A stretch of DNA of 64,000 nucleotides from Macrostomum lignano (Eukaryota). The notes under the pieces were generated by a model. It made no database searches. It saw only the letters and a program-made list of their open reading frames with translations, and was not told the DNA's origin. Below, in pieces: positions 38,665 through 47,929 of this stretch. Made by a program: the position numbers and the translations under genes. Numbering within the stretch: position 1 is the stretch's first letter; every line of letters begins with the position of its first letter. The DNA is taken from positions 1 through 64,000 of the forward strand of contig NIVC01003853.1 in assembly GCA_002269645.1 (NCBI GenBank). Direction: 5' to 3'.

Positions 38665-39487
38665 TGTTGTGAATTCGTAACTCAATGTATTTGCCCTTAC
38701 TGTAGTCTCTCTCTCTCTCTCTCCCTCTGCCAACCCTCCCCACCCCTTCCATGCTTGCAACTTGTTGTGAGTTATTTTCTTAGAGTACTTTATTTATTTT
38801 TTGGTGCCACTGCACTAGAACCAATCAATTGATGAACTATTATGGTAGTTGTTTATTTCATAGTTGTTCTTAGTTGTTTATTTCATAGTTGTTCTTAGTT
38901 GTTTATTTGTCCAGCCTATGTCTGCAACTTTCTTACCCCTGATTATTATTATCCCTCCCCCTCCGTGCTCTCTCATTGGCTGTCGCTGTTTTCTGTAATT
39001 CTGGTTTTCTACCCCCAGTCGCGTTTTGTGTGGCTGCAGCCAATCCCCGCTCGCTCTCTCTGCGCACCCCGCCTTTTCTCTTACCCTGCAGCTTTTGCCC
39101 CACCCCATGTTGTGCTGGCAGATATTTATTGGCGTGCGCTCCTGTCCTCTCCCCCCCCATGCGACCGCTTCTCCTCTGACTTCTTCGCCGCAAATAGTAT
39201 ATGACAATAAACCAAAAACAAGCGTGCCAACAATCGTGTTCAACCTAGACGCCCAGCGCGCCAAGTATCCGCGCCACAGTAAGTATCGTTCTGTTCCTGT
39301 CATTTCGGGGTCAAGTGCCTCTAGGACTTTGTCACCGGGGCCTGTGCGTTCGCTGCGACCCTGGTTGCTGGCCTACTGCCTGCGCGTTTGTGCGACAGTG
39401 GGTTGGCAAGCAGCAGGACTGGGGCTGCGTTTTCCTGCTCGTACAGAGCGCAAGACGTAGCTGGCTGGTCCGTCTCGGGACACAACA
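38665..39487 (+). repeat. 5' LTR (823 bp)
   Basis: Direct repeat of 46331-47169; ATTGGCTG, TATTTAT (39123), AATAAA (39206), GTAAGT (39279). Confidence 0.97.
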
Positions 39488-39488
39488 T

Positions 39489-39506
39489 TGGTGCCGTGAC
39501 CAGGAT
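39489..39506 (+). other. Primer-binding site, tRNA-His type
   Basis: TGGTGCCGTGACCAGGAT one base after the LTR, complementary to a tRNA-His 3' end (...GTCACGGCA-CCA). Confidence 0.85.
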
Positions 39507-39663
39507 AGGATTGTGCTTGAGGGTGTTTATGAGCTCGTGTTAGAATAGTTTAGATTAGTGCGGCTAGGGATCTGTTTGGAGGAGGGATTGCTTCCGATTT
39601 GTTAGTGTCGTTTTTACGTCGTTGTTTTTCTGTCGGTGTCGAGCATACGATTGCGCTGTCGTG

Positions 39664-40770
39664 ATGGGAGACGAAGGTGTGAATAGACTGGTGGAGTTAA
39701 TGTCCGCGTCAGTTCGTCGGGCGTTGCAGCAGGACATTAACGTGGCACAGAATGTACAGCGGCCAGCGAAGCCCCCGAAGTACTGCATTGGAGATAATTT
39801 CAGGCTATGGTTGCAGAGGTTCAATGCCTATTGTGAAGCATCGCAGATAGTGGAAGACGATCGCCGGCCTCATCTCCTCAGCTTCTTGGATCTAAATACG
39901 GCTTTCGCGGCAGTGGAGAATATTCAGCTGGAGGAGGGTGCCACGTATGATGATTTCACAGATGCACTCCTAGAAAGGTTCCAGCAGCACCGCACGGCCG
40001 AGGATTTCAAGCTGGAGCTGGAGTCGCGAGTCCAAAAAGAGGGCGAGACGTATGAGACTTATGCGGATGTGCTGTTAGAGTTAGCAAGGAACGCGTACCC
40101 AGATGAAGACATGCCAGTCGGAATCATCAACAGCTTTGCCAGAGACCGCTTCAAGAAGGGCATTCGAGCACCGGAACATGTCAAAGAGTACGTTATGCTG
40201 CAGCAACCCGCCACCCTTACGGATGCGGTTCGTTGCGTGCGACGTAAGGAGGCCGCCGGTCGAGCCGCCAAGCCGACAGGTTCAGAACAGGCTTACCGGA
40301 AAATTGCTTCGACCGTTGGTGCGGTGAATACCGGAGGCACCAGTTCAGACGGATTAGAAGAACTTCAACAGCGAATTCGAGACCTGGAAGGGCAGTTGAA
40401 GCGGCTGAATCAGGCACCGCCTCCTCAACAGTCTGCTGCACCCTCGTCTTCTGGGTCTGCGCATTCGCGCGGCCCGGGGCCTGGGTTGCAAGGTGGCAGA
40501 GGGGCCTGCGTGTATGGCGCGACCCCTAGTCATCTGGCAGGGCAGCAGCAGAGGCAGGCCGGTGCTTGCTTTCAGTGTGGAAACATCGGCCACCTAGCGC
40601 GCGAGTGCCCGAGTCGCTCCGGAATGATGCAGCAACCGCAGTCAAACCCAGCGGCGAGGACCGGCGGTCCGAGGCGTTGCTACGCGTGCAACCAGCCGGG
40701 TCATCTGGCCAAGAATTGTCGGTCGGGAAACTTCAACAGAGGTCCTGGGAAGGGGAGCCAGGGCCTCTAA
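39664..40770 (+). CDS. gag: Gag with two CCHC zinc knuckles
   Basis: CFQCGNIGHLAREC and CYACNQPGHLAKNC; first ATG at 39664. Confidence 0.93.
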   Translation: MGDEGVNRLVELMSASVRRALQQDINVAQNVQRPAKPPKYCIGDNFRLWLQRFNAYCEASQIVEDDRRPHLLSFLDLNTAFAAVENIQLEEGATYDDFTDALLERFQQHRTAEDFKLELESRVQKEGETYETYADVLLELARNAYPDEDMPVGIINSFARDRFKKGIRAPEHVKEYVMLQQPATLTDAVRCVRRKEAAGRAAKPTGSEQAYRKIASTVGAVNTGGTSSDGLEELQQRIRDLEGQLKRLNQAPPPQQSAAPSSSGSAHSRGPGPGLQGGRGACVYGATPSHLAGQQQRQAGACFQCGNIGHLARECPSRSGMMQQPQSNPAARTGGPRRCYACNQPGHLAKNCRSGNFNRGPGKGSQGL

Positions 40771-43700
40771 TCCAGTCAGCCAAACCTCCCCCGTCCAGTC
40801 AGCAGCCGGTCGACACACCAAGTCTGATGATGCAGCCCACCAGTGTGTACGTGTCCTGTCAAATCGGTGGTCAGGTGGTCTCTGCATGTGTCGACTCGGG
40901 CGCTGCTGTGACGATCATAAATGAAGCTTTGCTTCAGAGAGTGGGAAAGACTTGGACAAAATCGCCACCGAGTATTCAGCCTCATAAATCAACAATCCAT
41001 GCTGCCAACGGCAGCCCAATCAACATCAGTGCGATCTGCCAACTTCCGTTAACGATAGGCGAGAGCGAATTGAGTATGACAGCTCTAGTATCCTCGTCGG
41101 TTTCCTACGAGCTGTTAATGGGAGCCGACTTTCTGCTTAAGCACAACTGCCGCATCGATTTTCAAGATGGTGTACTTCACCTAGCAGATGCCAGCGTTCC
41201 GCTACGTTTTCACCAACGGCCTGCGACTGTGTGTCGCATTCTAGCGTCGGAGCGAATTGTGGTTCCGCCTGGAGCAGAGAAGATAGCATCTGGTCGATTC
41301 TTAATGAAGGGTGGAAGAGGACGATACACGAGAAGCCCAGGAGTAATTGAGGAAAGTCAAGACCGGAAGCGCGCAGGTTCCGCGGTGTTAGCGAGGTCCT
41401 TAGTGATGCCCACGGAAGACGCTCGAGTCCCCGTACGGCTGGCAAACTTCTCGGAGGTTCCTGTCACCATCCGCAAGGGCGAGACAGTTGCGTGGTACCA
41501 CCCGCTCGATCCGCTGCAGCCCATCGCGCTAGCAGCGTTGAGTGAAGCCAAGGATGCAGCTCCGACACTGGAAAAGCCTCGCCAAGAAGAGAGTGAGGCG
41601 GCCGAGGAGCTCCTAGCAGGTCTGAAGAATTGGGGAAGTTGTGGTTTGTCGGCAGAGCAAGAGGCGAAGTTCAAAGCGCTAATCCAGTGCAACAGAGACG
41701 TATTTGCAACCGAACTTGCCGAGGCCACGGTAACGAATGTCAGTGAGCACCGAATCGACACGGGGACGGCAAGACCTATCAAACAGGCTCCACGACGACT
41801 GCCGCCACATCTTAGAGCAGAAGTTGACGAGCAACTTGATGAGCTTCTGGCGCAAGGAAAAATCGAAGAGGCAATGTCCCCATGGAGCTCGCCAGTGGTC
41901 TGTGTGCGAAAGAAAGACAATTCGCTTCGAATGTGCGTGGACTATCGTCGGGTCAACGACGTGACCGTTAAGGACGCCATTCCGCTACCTCGCGTCGATG
42001 AAGCCCTAGAAGCGCTACATGGAACAGCCGTGTACAGTTCCCTAGATCTGCGATCTGGCTACCATCAAGTTCCGGTGGCTGCAGAAGACCGAGACAAGAC
42101 CGCATTTGCTGTGCCGCACCGCGGACAATTCCGATGGCTAGTGATGCCGTTTGGTGTCACCAACGGCCCAGCAACGTTCAGCCGCATCATGCAAACTGTG
42201 CTGCACCCATTGGCCTGGAAGATATGCCTCGTGTATCTGGACGACATTTTGGTTTTTTCCAACACCGTGGAAGATCATCTGGCCAGGTTGAGTGAAATTT
42301 TTCAGCGGCTGAGAAGTGCAAATCTAAAGCTGAATCCGAAGAAGTGCGAGCTGCTCAGTTCCGAAGTGAGCTTTCTGGGTCATCGAGTCTCGGCGGACGG
42401 CATCGGAACTGACCCAGAGAAGGTCCGAGCAATTCGCGAGTGGCCGACACCATGCACTGTCAAGGATGTGCAAGCGTTTCTCGGCACTGTTGGCTACTAC
42501 CGGCGTTTTATTCAAGATTTTTCGCACACAGCTGAACCGTTGACGGAACTGACGAGATCTACATCACCGTTCCAGTGGGGATCGGCCCAAGAAGAAGCCT
42601 TCCAGCGGCTGAAAGAGGCGCTGACCGGAGAACAGGTCATGGCGTACCCGAACTTCGCTCCAGATGCACCGCCGTTCATCCTGGATACAGATGGCAGTTC
42701 GTCAGTGGGAATCGGAGGCGTCCTATCTCAGCTGCAACCGGACGGGTCGGAGAAAGTCATTGCGTACGGATCACGCACCCTGTCATCTGCAGAGCGGAAT
42801 TACTGCACGACCCGCGTTGAGCTCCTCGCTGTAGTCACCTTTATTCGCCAATTCAAGTACTTTCTGCTCGGGAAGCACTTCATTCTTCGAACCGACCATA
42901 GCAGTCTGCGCTGGCTGCATTCATTCAAGAATGTTGAAGGTCAAGCTGCGAGATGGCTGGAGCAGCTAGCCTGCTTTGACTACACGATCATACATCGAGC
43001 AGGCCGGGACCATGGGAATGCCGACGGGTTATCACGTAGGCCGAGAAGCCACTTTGGAGCAACCACGTGCCCGTCCTGCAAGGAGCAGCCTGAGGTCGGT
43101 GCAGTAACATTCGAGTCGGGACTCCAACAACGCGTCCATGAAGCGCAGCTCAAGCATCCTGAACTACGTCCGCTAAGACAGGCAGTGCAGACAGGGCGAC
43201 TAGAGTCGCTTGGAACTGGGCACCCGGGACCAGGAACACCCTACTGGAAGGCGCTGATGGCCAGAAAAGATGAACTGTGCATGGTCAATGACCTGCTGTG
43301 CATCAGGACAGAGAAGAATTTCAAAGTTGTTCTGACGGCAGAAACGACGAATTTGGTCATCTCAGAATTACACAGTGGAGCCAGTGGAGCGCACAGCGGA
43401 TTTTTCAAGACGAAGAAAAAAGTGACCTCGCGATTTTGGTTTCCGGGCCTTGGCAGACTGGTAGAAGAGTTCATTCGATGCTGTGTAACCTGCGGAAAAT
43501 CAAAGACGAAGCAGCGAGGCCGAGCACCCCTCGAGCCGATTCAAACTGGTGCTCCATTTGAACGTGTCATGGTTGACATTGTCGGACCGCTTCCACGAAC
43601 AAGGAAAGGAAACATGTACGTCCTGACGATTCAAGATGCTTTCACCAAATGGCCGGATGCGTACCCGCTTCGAAACCAGAAGGCTGCAAGCTGTGCAAAG

Positions 43701-44648
43701 GTGTTTGTCGAACGCTGGATCAGTCAACACGGATGTCCGCAGTTCCTGCACTCGGATCAAGGCCGAAATTTCGAGTCAAGATTAACTACGGAACTGTGCT
43801 CGTTGCTAGGCATCAAGAAGACAAGAACGACACCGTACCACCCAATGGGGAACGGTCAAGTGGAAAGCTTTAATCGTACGCTCGGCACCAGCTTGAGAAG
43901 CCTGATGGTCGAAAATGGAGCAGCGCAGTCAAGTTGGGAAGAATTTATACCGGCGGTGCTAATGGCGTATCGGTCCAGTGTACATCGAGGAACCGGCTAC
44001 ACACCGCACTACCTGGTGTACGGTGAGGAGATGCGACTGCCTGTTGACCTGATGAACAAGCCGCCTCAAGTGCAGCCGAGTGAAACAACGGAATATGTTG
44101 CTGAACTACGTCGCAAGATGCAAGCAGCTGGCGACACCGTGCGGACCAACCTGTCGACGTATCAGAGACAGCAAAAGGATCAGTACGACACGGGAGCTCG
44201 TGGTTCGGGATTCAACGAAGGAGATCTGGTCTACGTGTATCAGCCTTGTCTGGAGACCGGCGAAGCAAAGAAGTTCCATGTGTACTGGACTGGACCGGTG
44301 AAAGTGTTCAAGCGAGAAAGTGCGACTCGATACAGGGTAGGGCACCCGACGAACAACCGGAAGAGGAAAACCGTGCACTTTAACAACTTGCACCTTTACC
44401 GTCGCGCTGAACGGAGCGAGCAAGATGGGCAACGTGTACCGGTCCCTGAGCAACGGGAATCCGATGAGCACAACGAGGAGGAGGATGATGATGAAGACGG
44501 CGAGAGTGATTGGGTGCAGCTGCCTCAACCCGAAGCAGTAGATTTCGGAGTCCCTGGCAGTCCGGGTAGGCCACCCACGCCAGAGCGTCGTTACCCGGTT
44601 AGAAACCGGGTCCCTACGCAGTTTTTTGGTAATCCCGTGCGTCACTGA
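40566..44648 (+). CDS. pol: Pol (protease, RT, RNase H, integrase), probably translated as Gag-Pol
   Basis: Protease VDSGA; RT YLDD; RNase H ILDTDGS; integrase HHCC and DIVGPLP / HSDQGRNFES; 1360-codon open frame. Confidence 0.97.
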   Translation: MLSVWKHRPPSARVPESLRNDAATAVKPSGEDRRSEALLRVQPAGSSGQELSVGKLQQRSWEGEPGPLIQSAKPPPSSQQPVDTPSLMMQPTSVYVSCQIGGQVVSACVDSGAAVTIINEALLQRVGKTWTKSPPSIQPHKSTIHAANGSPINISAICQLPLTIGESELSMTALVSSSVSYELLMGADFLLKHNCRIDFQDGVLHLADASVPLRFHQRPATVCRILASERIVVPPGAEKIASGRFLMKGGRGRYTRSPGVIEESQDRKRAGSAVLARSLVMPTEDARVPVRLANFSEVPVTIRKGETVAWYHPLDPLQPIALAALSEAKDAAPTLEKPRQEESEAAEELLAGLKNWGSCGLSAEQEAKFKALIQCNRDVFATELAEATVTNVSEHRIDTGTARPIKQAPRRLPPHLRAEVDEQLDELLAQGKIEEAMSPWSSPVVCVRKKDNSLRMCVDYRRVNDVTVKDAIPLPRVDEALEALHGTAVYSSLDLRSGYHQVPVAAEDRDKTAFAVPHRGQFRWLVMPFGVTNGPATFSRIMQTVLHPLAWKICLVYLDDILVFSNTVEDHLARLSEIFQRLRSANLKLNPKKCELLSSEVSFLGHRVSADGIGTDPEKVRAIREWPTPCTVKDVQAFLGTVGYYRRFIQDFSHTAEPLTELTRSTSPFQWGSAQEEAFQRLKEALTGEQVMAYPNFAPDAPPFILDTDGSSSVGIGGVLSQLQPDGSEKVIAYGSRTLSSAERNYCTTRVELLAVVTFIRQFKYFLLGKHFILRTDHSSLRWLHSFKNVEGQAARWLEQLACFDYTIIHRAGRDHGNADGLSRRPRSHFGATTCPSCKEQPEVGAVTFESGLQQRVHEAQLKHPELRPLRQAVQTGRLESLGTGHPGPGTPYWKALMARKDELCMVNDLLCIRTEKNFKVVLTAETTNLVISELHSGASGAHSGFFKTKKKVTSRFWFPGLGRLVEEFIRCCVTCGKSKTKQRGRAPLEPIQTGAPFERVMVDIVGPLPRTRKGNMYVLTIQDAFTKWPDAYPLRNQKAASCAKVFVERWISQHGCPQFLHSDQGRNFESRLTTELCSLLGIKKTRTTPYHPMGNGQVESFNRTLGTSLRSLMVENGAAQSSWEEFIPAVLMAYRSSVHRGTGYTPHYLVYGEEMRLPVDLMNKPPQVQPSETTEYVAELRRKMQAAGDTVRTNLSTYQRQQKDQYDTGARGSGFNEGDLVYVYQPCLETGEAKKFHVYWTGPVKVFKRESATRYRVGHPTNNRKRKTVHFNNLHLYRRAERSEQDGQRVPVPEQRESDEHNEEEDDDEDGESDWVQLPQPEAVDFGVPGSPGRPPTPERRYPVRNRVPTQFFGNPVRH
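40725..40767 (+). promoter_or_regulatory. -1 programmed ribosomal frameshift signal
   Basis: Slippery G GGA AAC in gag frame, 7-nt spacer, 10-bp stem GAGGTCCTGG / CCAGGGCCTC; pol is in the -1 frame. Confidence 0.85.
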
Positions 44649-44749
44649 CCAGTCATGGAGCGAACGCACAGGATGAAGGAGGCAGAAAAGTGCATGAATT
44701 TAAATAGTCGTCTACCTTCTAGCAAGTCAATTGCCGTTTCATTTTTAGT

Positions 44750-45601
44750 ATGTACTACGAAGTCCTGGGTGTCGCATCTGATGCGACCACGCAGCAGGTT
44801 AAGAAGGCTTACTACCAGCGCATACGTCACGCACATCCAGACAAGGTGGGGCCAGGCGCTCGGCGGCAGGCACAAGAAATAAATGAAGCGTATCAAGTAT
44901 TGAGTGATCCGTTTCTGCGAATCGTGTACGAACAGTTTGGTCCTGAGGGTGCGCAGGCGCCGAAAATGTTTCTGTCACGACTGAGACTGCCAGCTGGGAT
45001 GGCAATACCAACTGAGTACTTTGAGCAGGTGGAAATATCGTCAGAATCTGAGGATGACACCGAGGATGAGCAGGAAAGTCGACTGCAGTTGGTCGGGAAG
45101 CCGAGTGTGGGAAGCGAAGATGAGCCGGTGAATACAGCGGTCCGCAACAAATTGAAGCGCGCTTGTTTACGTGGGAACGCGTCGGAAATTGCGAGGTTGA
45201 TGGCGGAAATCCGGCAGTTATATTCGGCGCGTCAGGCGGTAGCTGAGGTCAAGAGAGCGTTACTGAATGGGTTAAAGGATCTAGCGACGAAAAAGATTGG
45301 CCGCTCGAAGATTGTCATGAGCGTTGACGAGTACAAATCGACATCAAGAGCGGTGCGGGAAGCTGCTCAGTCGCTAGAGTTCCGCTGTGTAGGAGTGTTA
45401 GTAGCGTCAGTGCGTCGCTTTAGGCCCTTCCTGGTCAATAAGGTTTTTAGGCGGGCACCAATGGCACCCGGGACGGGGGAACCCAGCCGTTCCAGCCCTG
45501 CTGCGGACGCGGATGTCCTGGTGCTGGACGCCGAGGAAGAGGACCTGGATGACCTGGGCGAGGAAGCGACGAGCGGCGGCATGAACTCGTTGAAACTGTG
45601 A
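44750..45601 (+). CDS. Retrotransposon ORF3: J-domain protein with acidic segments and helical C-terminal domain, 283 aa
   Basis: MYYEVLGVASDAT..QVKKAY...HAHPDKV...QEINEAYQVLSDP.LR.VYEQFG; homologous to 8789-9736 beyond the J-domain. Confidence 0.93.
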   Translation: MYYEVLGVASDATTQQVKKAYYQRIRHAHPDKVGPGARRQAQEINEAYQVLSDPFLRIVYEQFGPEGAQAPKMFLSRLRLPAGMAIPTEYFEQVEISSESEDDTEDEQESRLQLVGKPSVGSEDEPVNTAVRNKLKRACLRGNASEIARLMAEIRQLYSARQAVAEVKRALLNGLKDLATKKIGRSKIVMSVDEYKSTSRAVREAAQSLEFRCVGVLVASVRRFRPFLVNKVFRRAPMAPGTGEPSRSSPAADADVLVLDAEEEDLDDLGEEATSGGMNSLKL

Positions 45602-46317
45602 ACGTCGAACGACGGATCGTGGCGACAGAATGTTAAGGACCCGGGCCCGGGTTCAGCCTTAGCAACTGCCGCGGAGGCGATGCAAGCGTTCATCGAAAAG
45701 TCTTGTCGCGAGTGACCTACAATGTACCTGCCCTACACCTGACCTACAGCGCGCCAGCCCCACACCTGACCTACCGCACACCAGCCCTACATTTGACCGC
45801 CTAAGCTGAGTGCACCTGAGTTTTGAAAGTCAGTTTAGACTACTGTAAAATTTTCGAAGATTGCTTATTCCTTGCGCTGTTGTTGATTCTCAGGAGTTTC
45901 AATTTCAATTTTGTTGCTGGTTTTGAGATCGTGCTGCAAGCCTGGCTGCGTCTGAGATGCCTTAATTGCTGGCGTGATGCTAATTCTTAATAATTGTTTT
46001 TTGCATAACCAAGTTAATACAACGTTAATTGTCATCTTTTTGCCCTGTTGGCCAATTTTCTGTTCAATGCTCAATGTTCATGTTCCGTATTCCATGCCAA
46101 CGTTGAATTTTCCATGTTGTGTTCTCCCTTTCACCCTTTCATTTTTTGCGTCATCCATCACTCTTCATGCCATTGCCAGCCGGCTCGCTCTCAATCACTG
46201 GTGAAGGGAATTTTTTTGCTCATCTCGCTCATCGCATGCAAAGGCCCCGCTGATACTTGTACAAGCCGAATTGTCTCAAATACCGTACCGTACAAACATT
46301 TTTTGTGTGACTTCGTC

Positions 46318-46330
46318 AAGAAGGGGAGAA
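46318..46330 (+). other. Polypurine tract of element 2
   Basis: aagaaggggagaa abutting the TG of the 3' LTR. Confidence 0.9.
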
Positions 46331-47169
46331 TGTTGTGAATTCGTAACTCAATGTATTTGCCCTTACTGTAGTCTCTCTCTCTTTCTCTCTCCCTCTGCCA
46401 ACCCTCCCCACCCCTTCCATGCTTGCAACTTGTTGTGAGTTATTTTCTTAGAGTACTTTATTTATTTTTTGGTGCCACTGCACTAGAACCAATCAATTGA
46501 TGAACTATTATGGTAGTTGTTTATTTCATAGTTGTTCTTAGTTGTTTATTTCATAGTTGTTCTTAGTTGTTTATTTGTCCAGCCTATGTCTGCAACTTTC
46601 TTACCCCTGATTATTATTATCCCTCCCCCTCCGTGCTCTCTCATTGGCTGTCGCTGTTTTCTGTAATTCTGGTTTTCTACCCCCAGTCGCGTTTTGTGTG
46701 GCTGCAGCCAATCCCCGCTCGCTCTCTCTGCGCACCCCGCCTTTTCTCTTACCCTGCAGCTTTTGCCCCACCCCATGTTGTGCTGGCAGATATTTATTGG
46801 CGTGCGCTCCTGTCCTCTCCCCCCCCCATGCGACCGCTTCTCCTCTGACTTCTTCGCCGCAAATAGTATATGACAATAAACCAAAAACAAGCGTGCCAAC
46901 AATCGTGTTCAACCTAGACGCCCAGCGCGCCAAGTATGCGCGCCAAGTATCCGCGCCACAGTAAGTATCGTTCTGTTCCTGTCATTTCGGGGTCAAGTGC
47001 CTCTAGGACTTTGTCACCGGGGCCTGTGCGTTCGCTGCGACCCTGGTTGCTGGCCTACTGCCTGCGCGTTTGTGCGACAGTGGGTTGGCAAGCAGCAGGA
47101 CTGGGGCTGCGTTTTCCTGCTCGTACAGAGCGCAAGACGTAGCTGGCTGGTCCGTCTCGGGACACAACA
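46331..47169 (+). repeat. 3' LTR (839 bp)
   Basis: Near-identical to the 5' LTR. Confidence 0.97.
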
Positions 47170-47929
47170 GTATCAAAAATCTATGCGAATAATTAAGCGA
47201 ACATGCTCACCACTTAAGTGCGATACACCCAGCCAGAGTCCTTGTCTTGGCTCGGGAGGTTGGAGTTGGAGAACGCTGTTATTCTCGACCACATTGATCT
47301 TCCACCGACAAACCACATTTGTTATCACGGTGGTCTCGCTAGCAAACCGTTCGTGGAAATATAAAGTTAAACTCCTTCCTCCCTCGACATCAAATTTGTG
47401 CCAAAGCTGTTCTCGACAGTGCGCCACTTCAGCCGTTGCGACTCTGAAATTCGATGAAAAAATGGCTAATTGTACGTGTCTGACTGATTAAAACAGAAAA
47501 ATCTGACAAAAAGGCAGAGAATCTGCTACAGAATGGGAGAAAATATTTCGTGGCGATCAGAAGTGTCAGAGCTTATACTCATGTGCGGTAAATTATTAAA
47601 TTAAATTAAAAATTAGCAAAAAAGATAAGATAAGAGACTTTTGATGCCAAGCTAATTGACAGACAAGCAGAGTTTCATCAAAAGAGGCTGATACTAAACG
47701 TCATTAAAAGACCAAGCTCTTAGATCCATTTGACACACAAGACAAATATCTGAGACAAAACAGTTTACAATGAAGTGTAAGAGACTCAGTTGACATACAG
47801 ACAGTTGACAGAGAAGAACAATGTTCTCGATGATCTGGATTTTTAGCAGGGAAGGCAAAGAATTATGTAGAAAAAAATGCAAGCAGACAAAAGCTTGACA
47901 GCCCGGTTGTGAACAAGTCGAAGCAAGAG

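Larger units (their letters stand above)
38665..47169 (+). mobile_element. Complete young Ty3/Gypsy LTR retrotransposon (element 2): gag, pol and J-domain ORF3
   Basis: Paired LTRs TGTTGTG...CACAACA, 4-bp TSD GTAT (38661-38664, 47170-47173), PBS, PPT, intact ORFs. Confidence 0.98.
36085..47500 (-). pseudogene. Pseudogenised paralog (copy B) of the membrane glycoprotein, interrupted by LTR element 2 in an intron
   Basis: Exons co-linear with copy A; in-frame TAA and TGA in the Cys-rich exon (~38480-38495); 2-nt deletion near 36480; TM IVMIVVGAIVLLLVAVTVFYFV retained; no 33-bp tail repeat. Confidence 0.85.

Noticed and set aside
44750-45601. ORF3 as an envelope gene or a T-antigen-like Rb binder
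   Set aside because: No signal peptide, TM or furin/fusion motif; no LxCxE in either ORF3
47173-47175. LTR insertion as the cause of copy B inactivation
   Set aside because: The insertion is about 40 nt into an intron, and copy B has independent stops and a frameshift; the order of events is unknown
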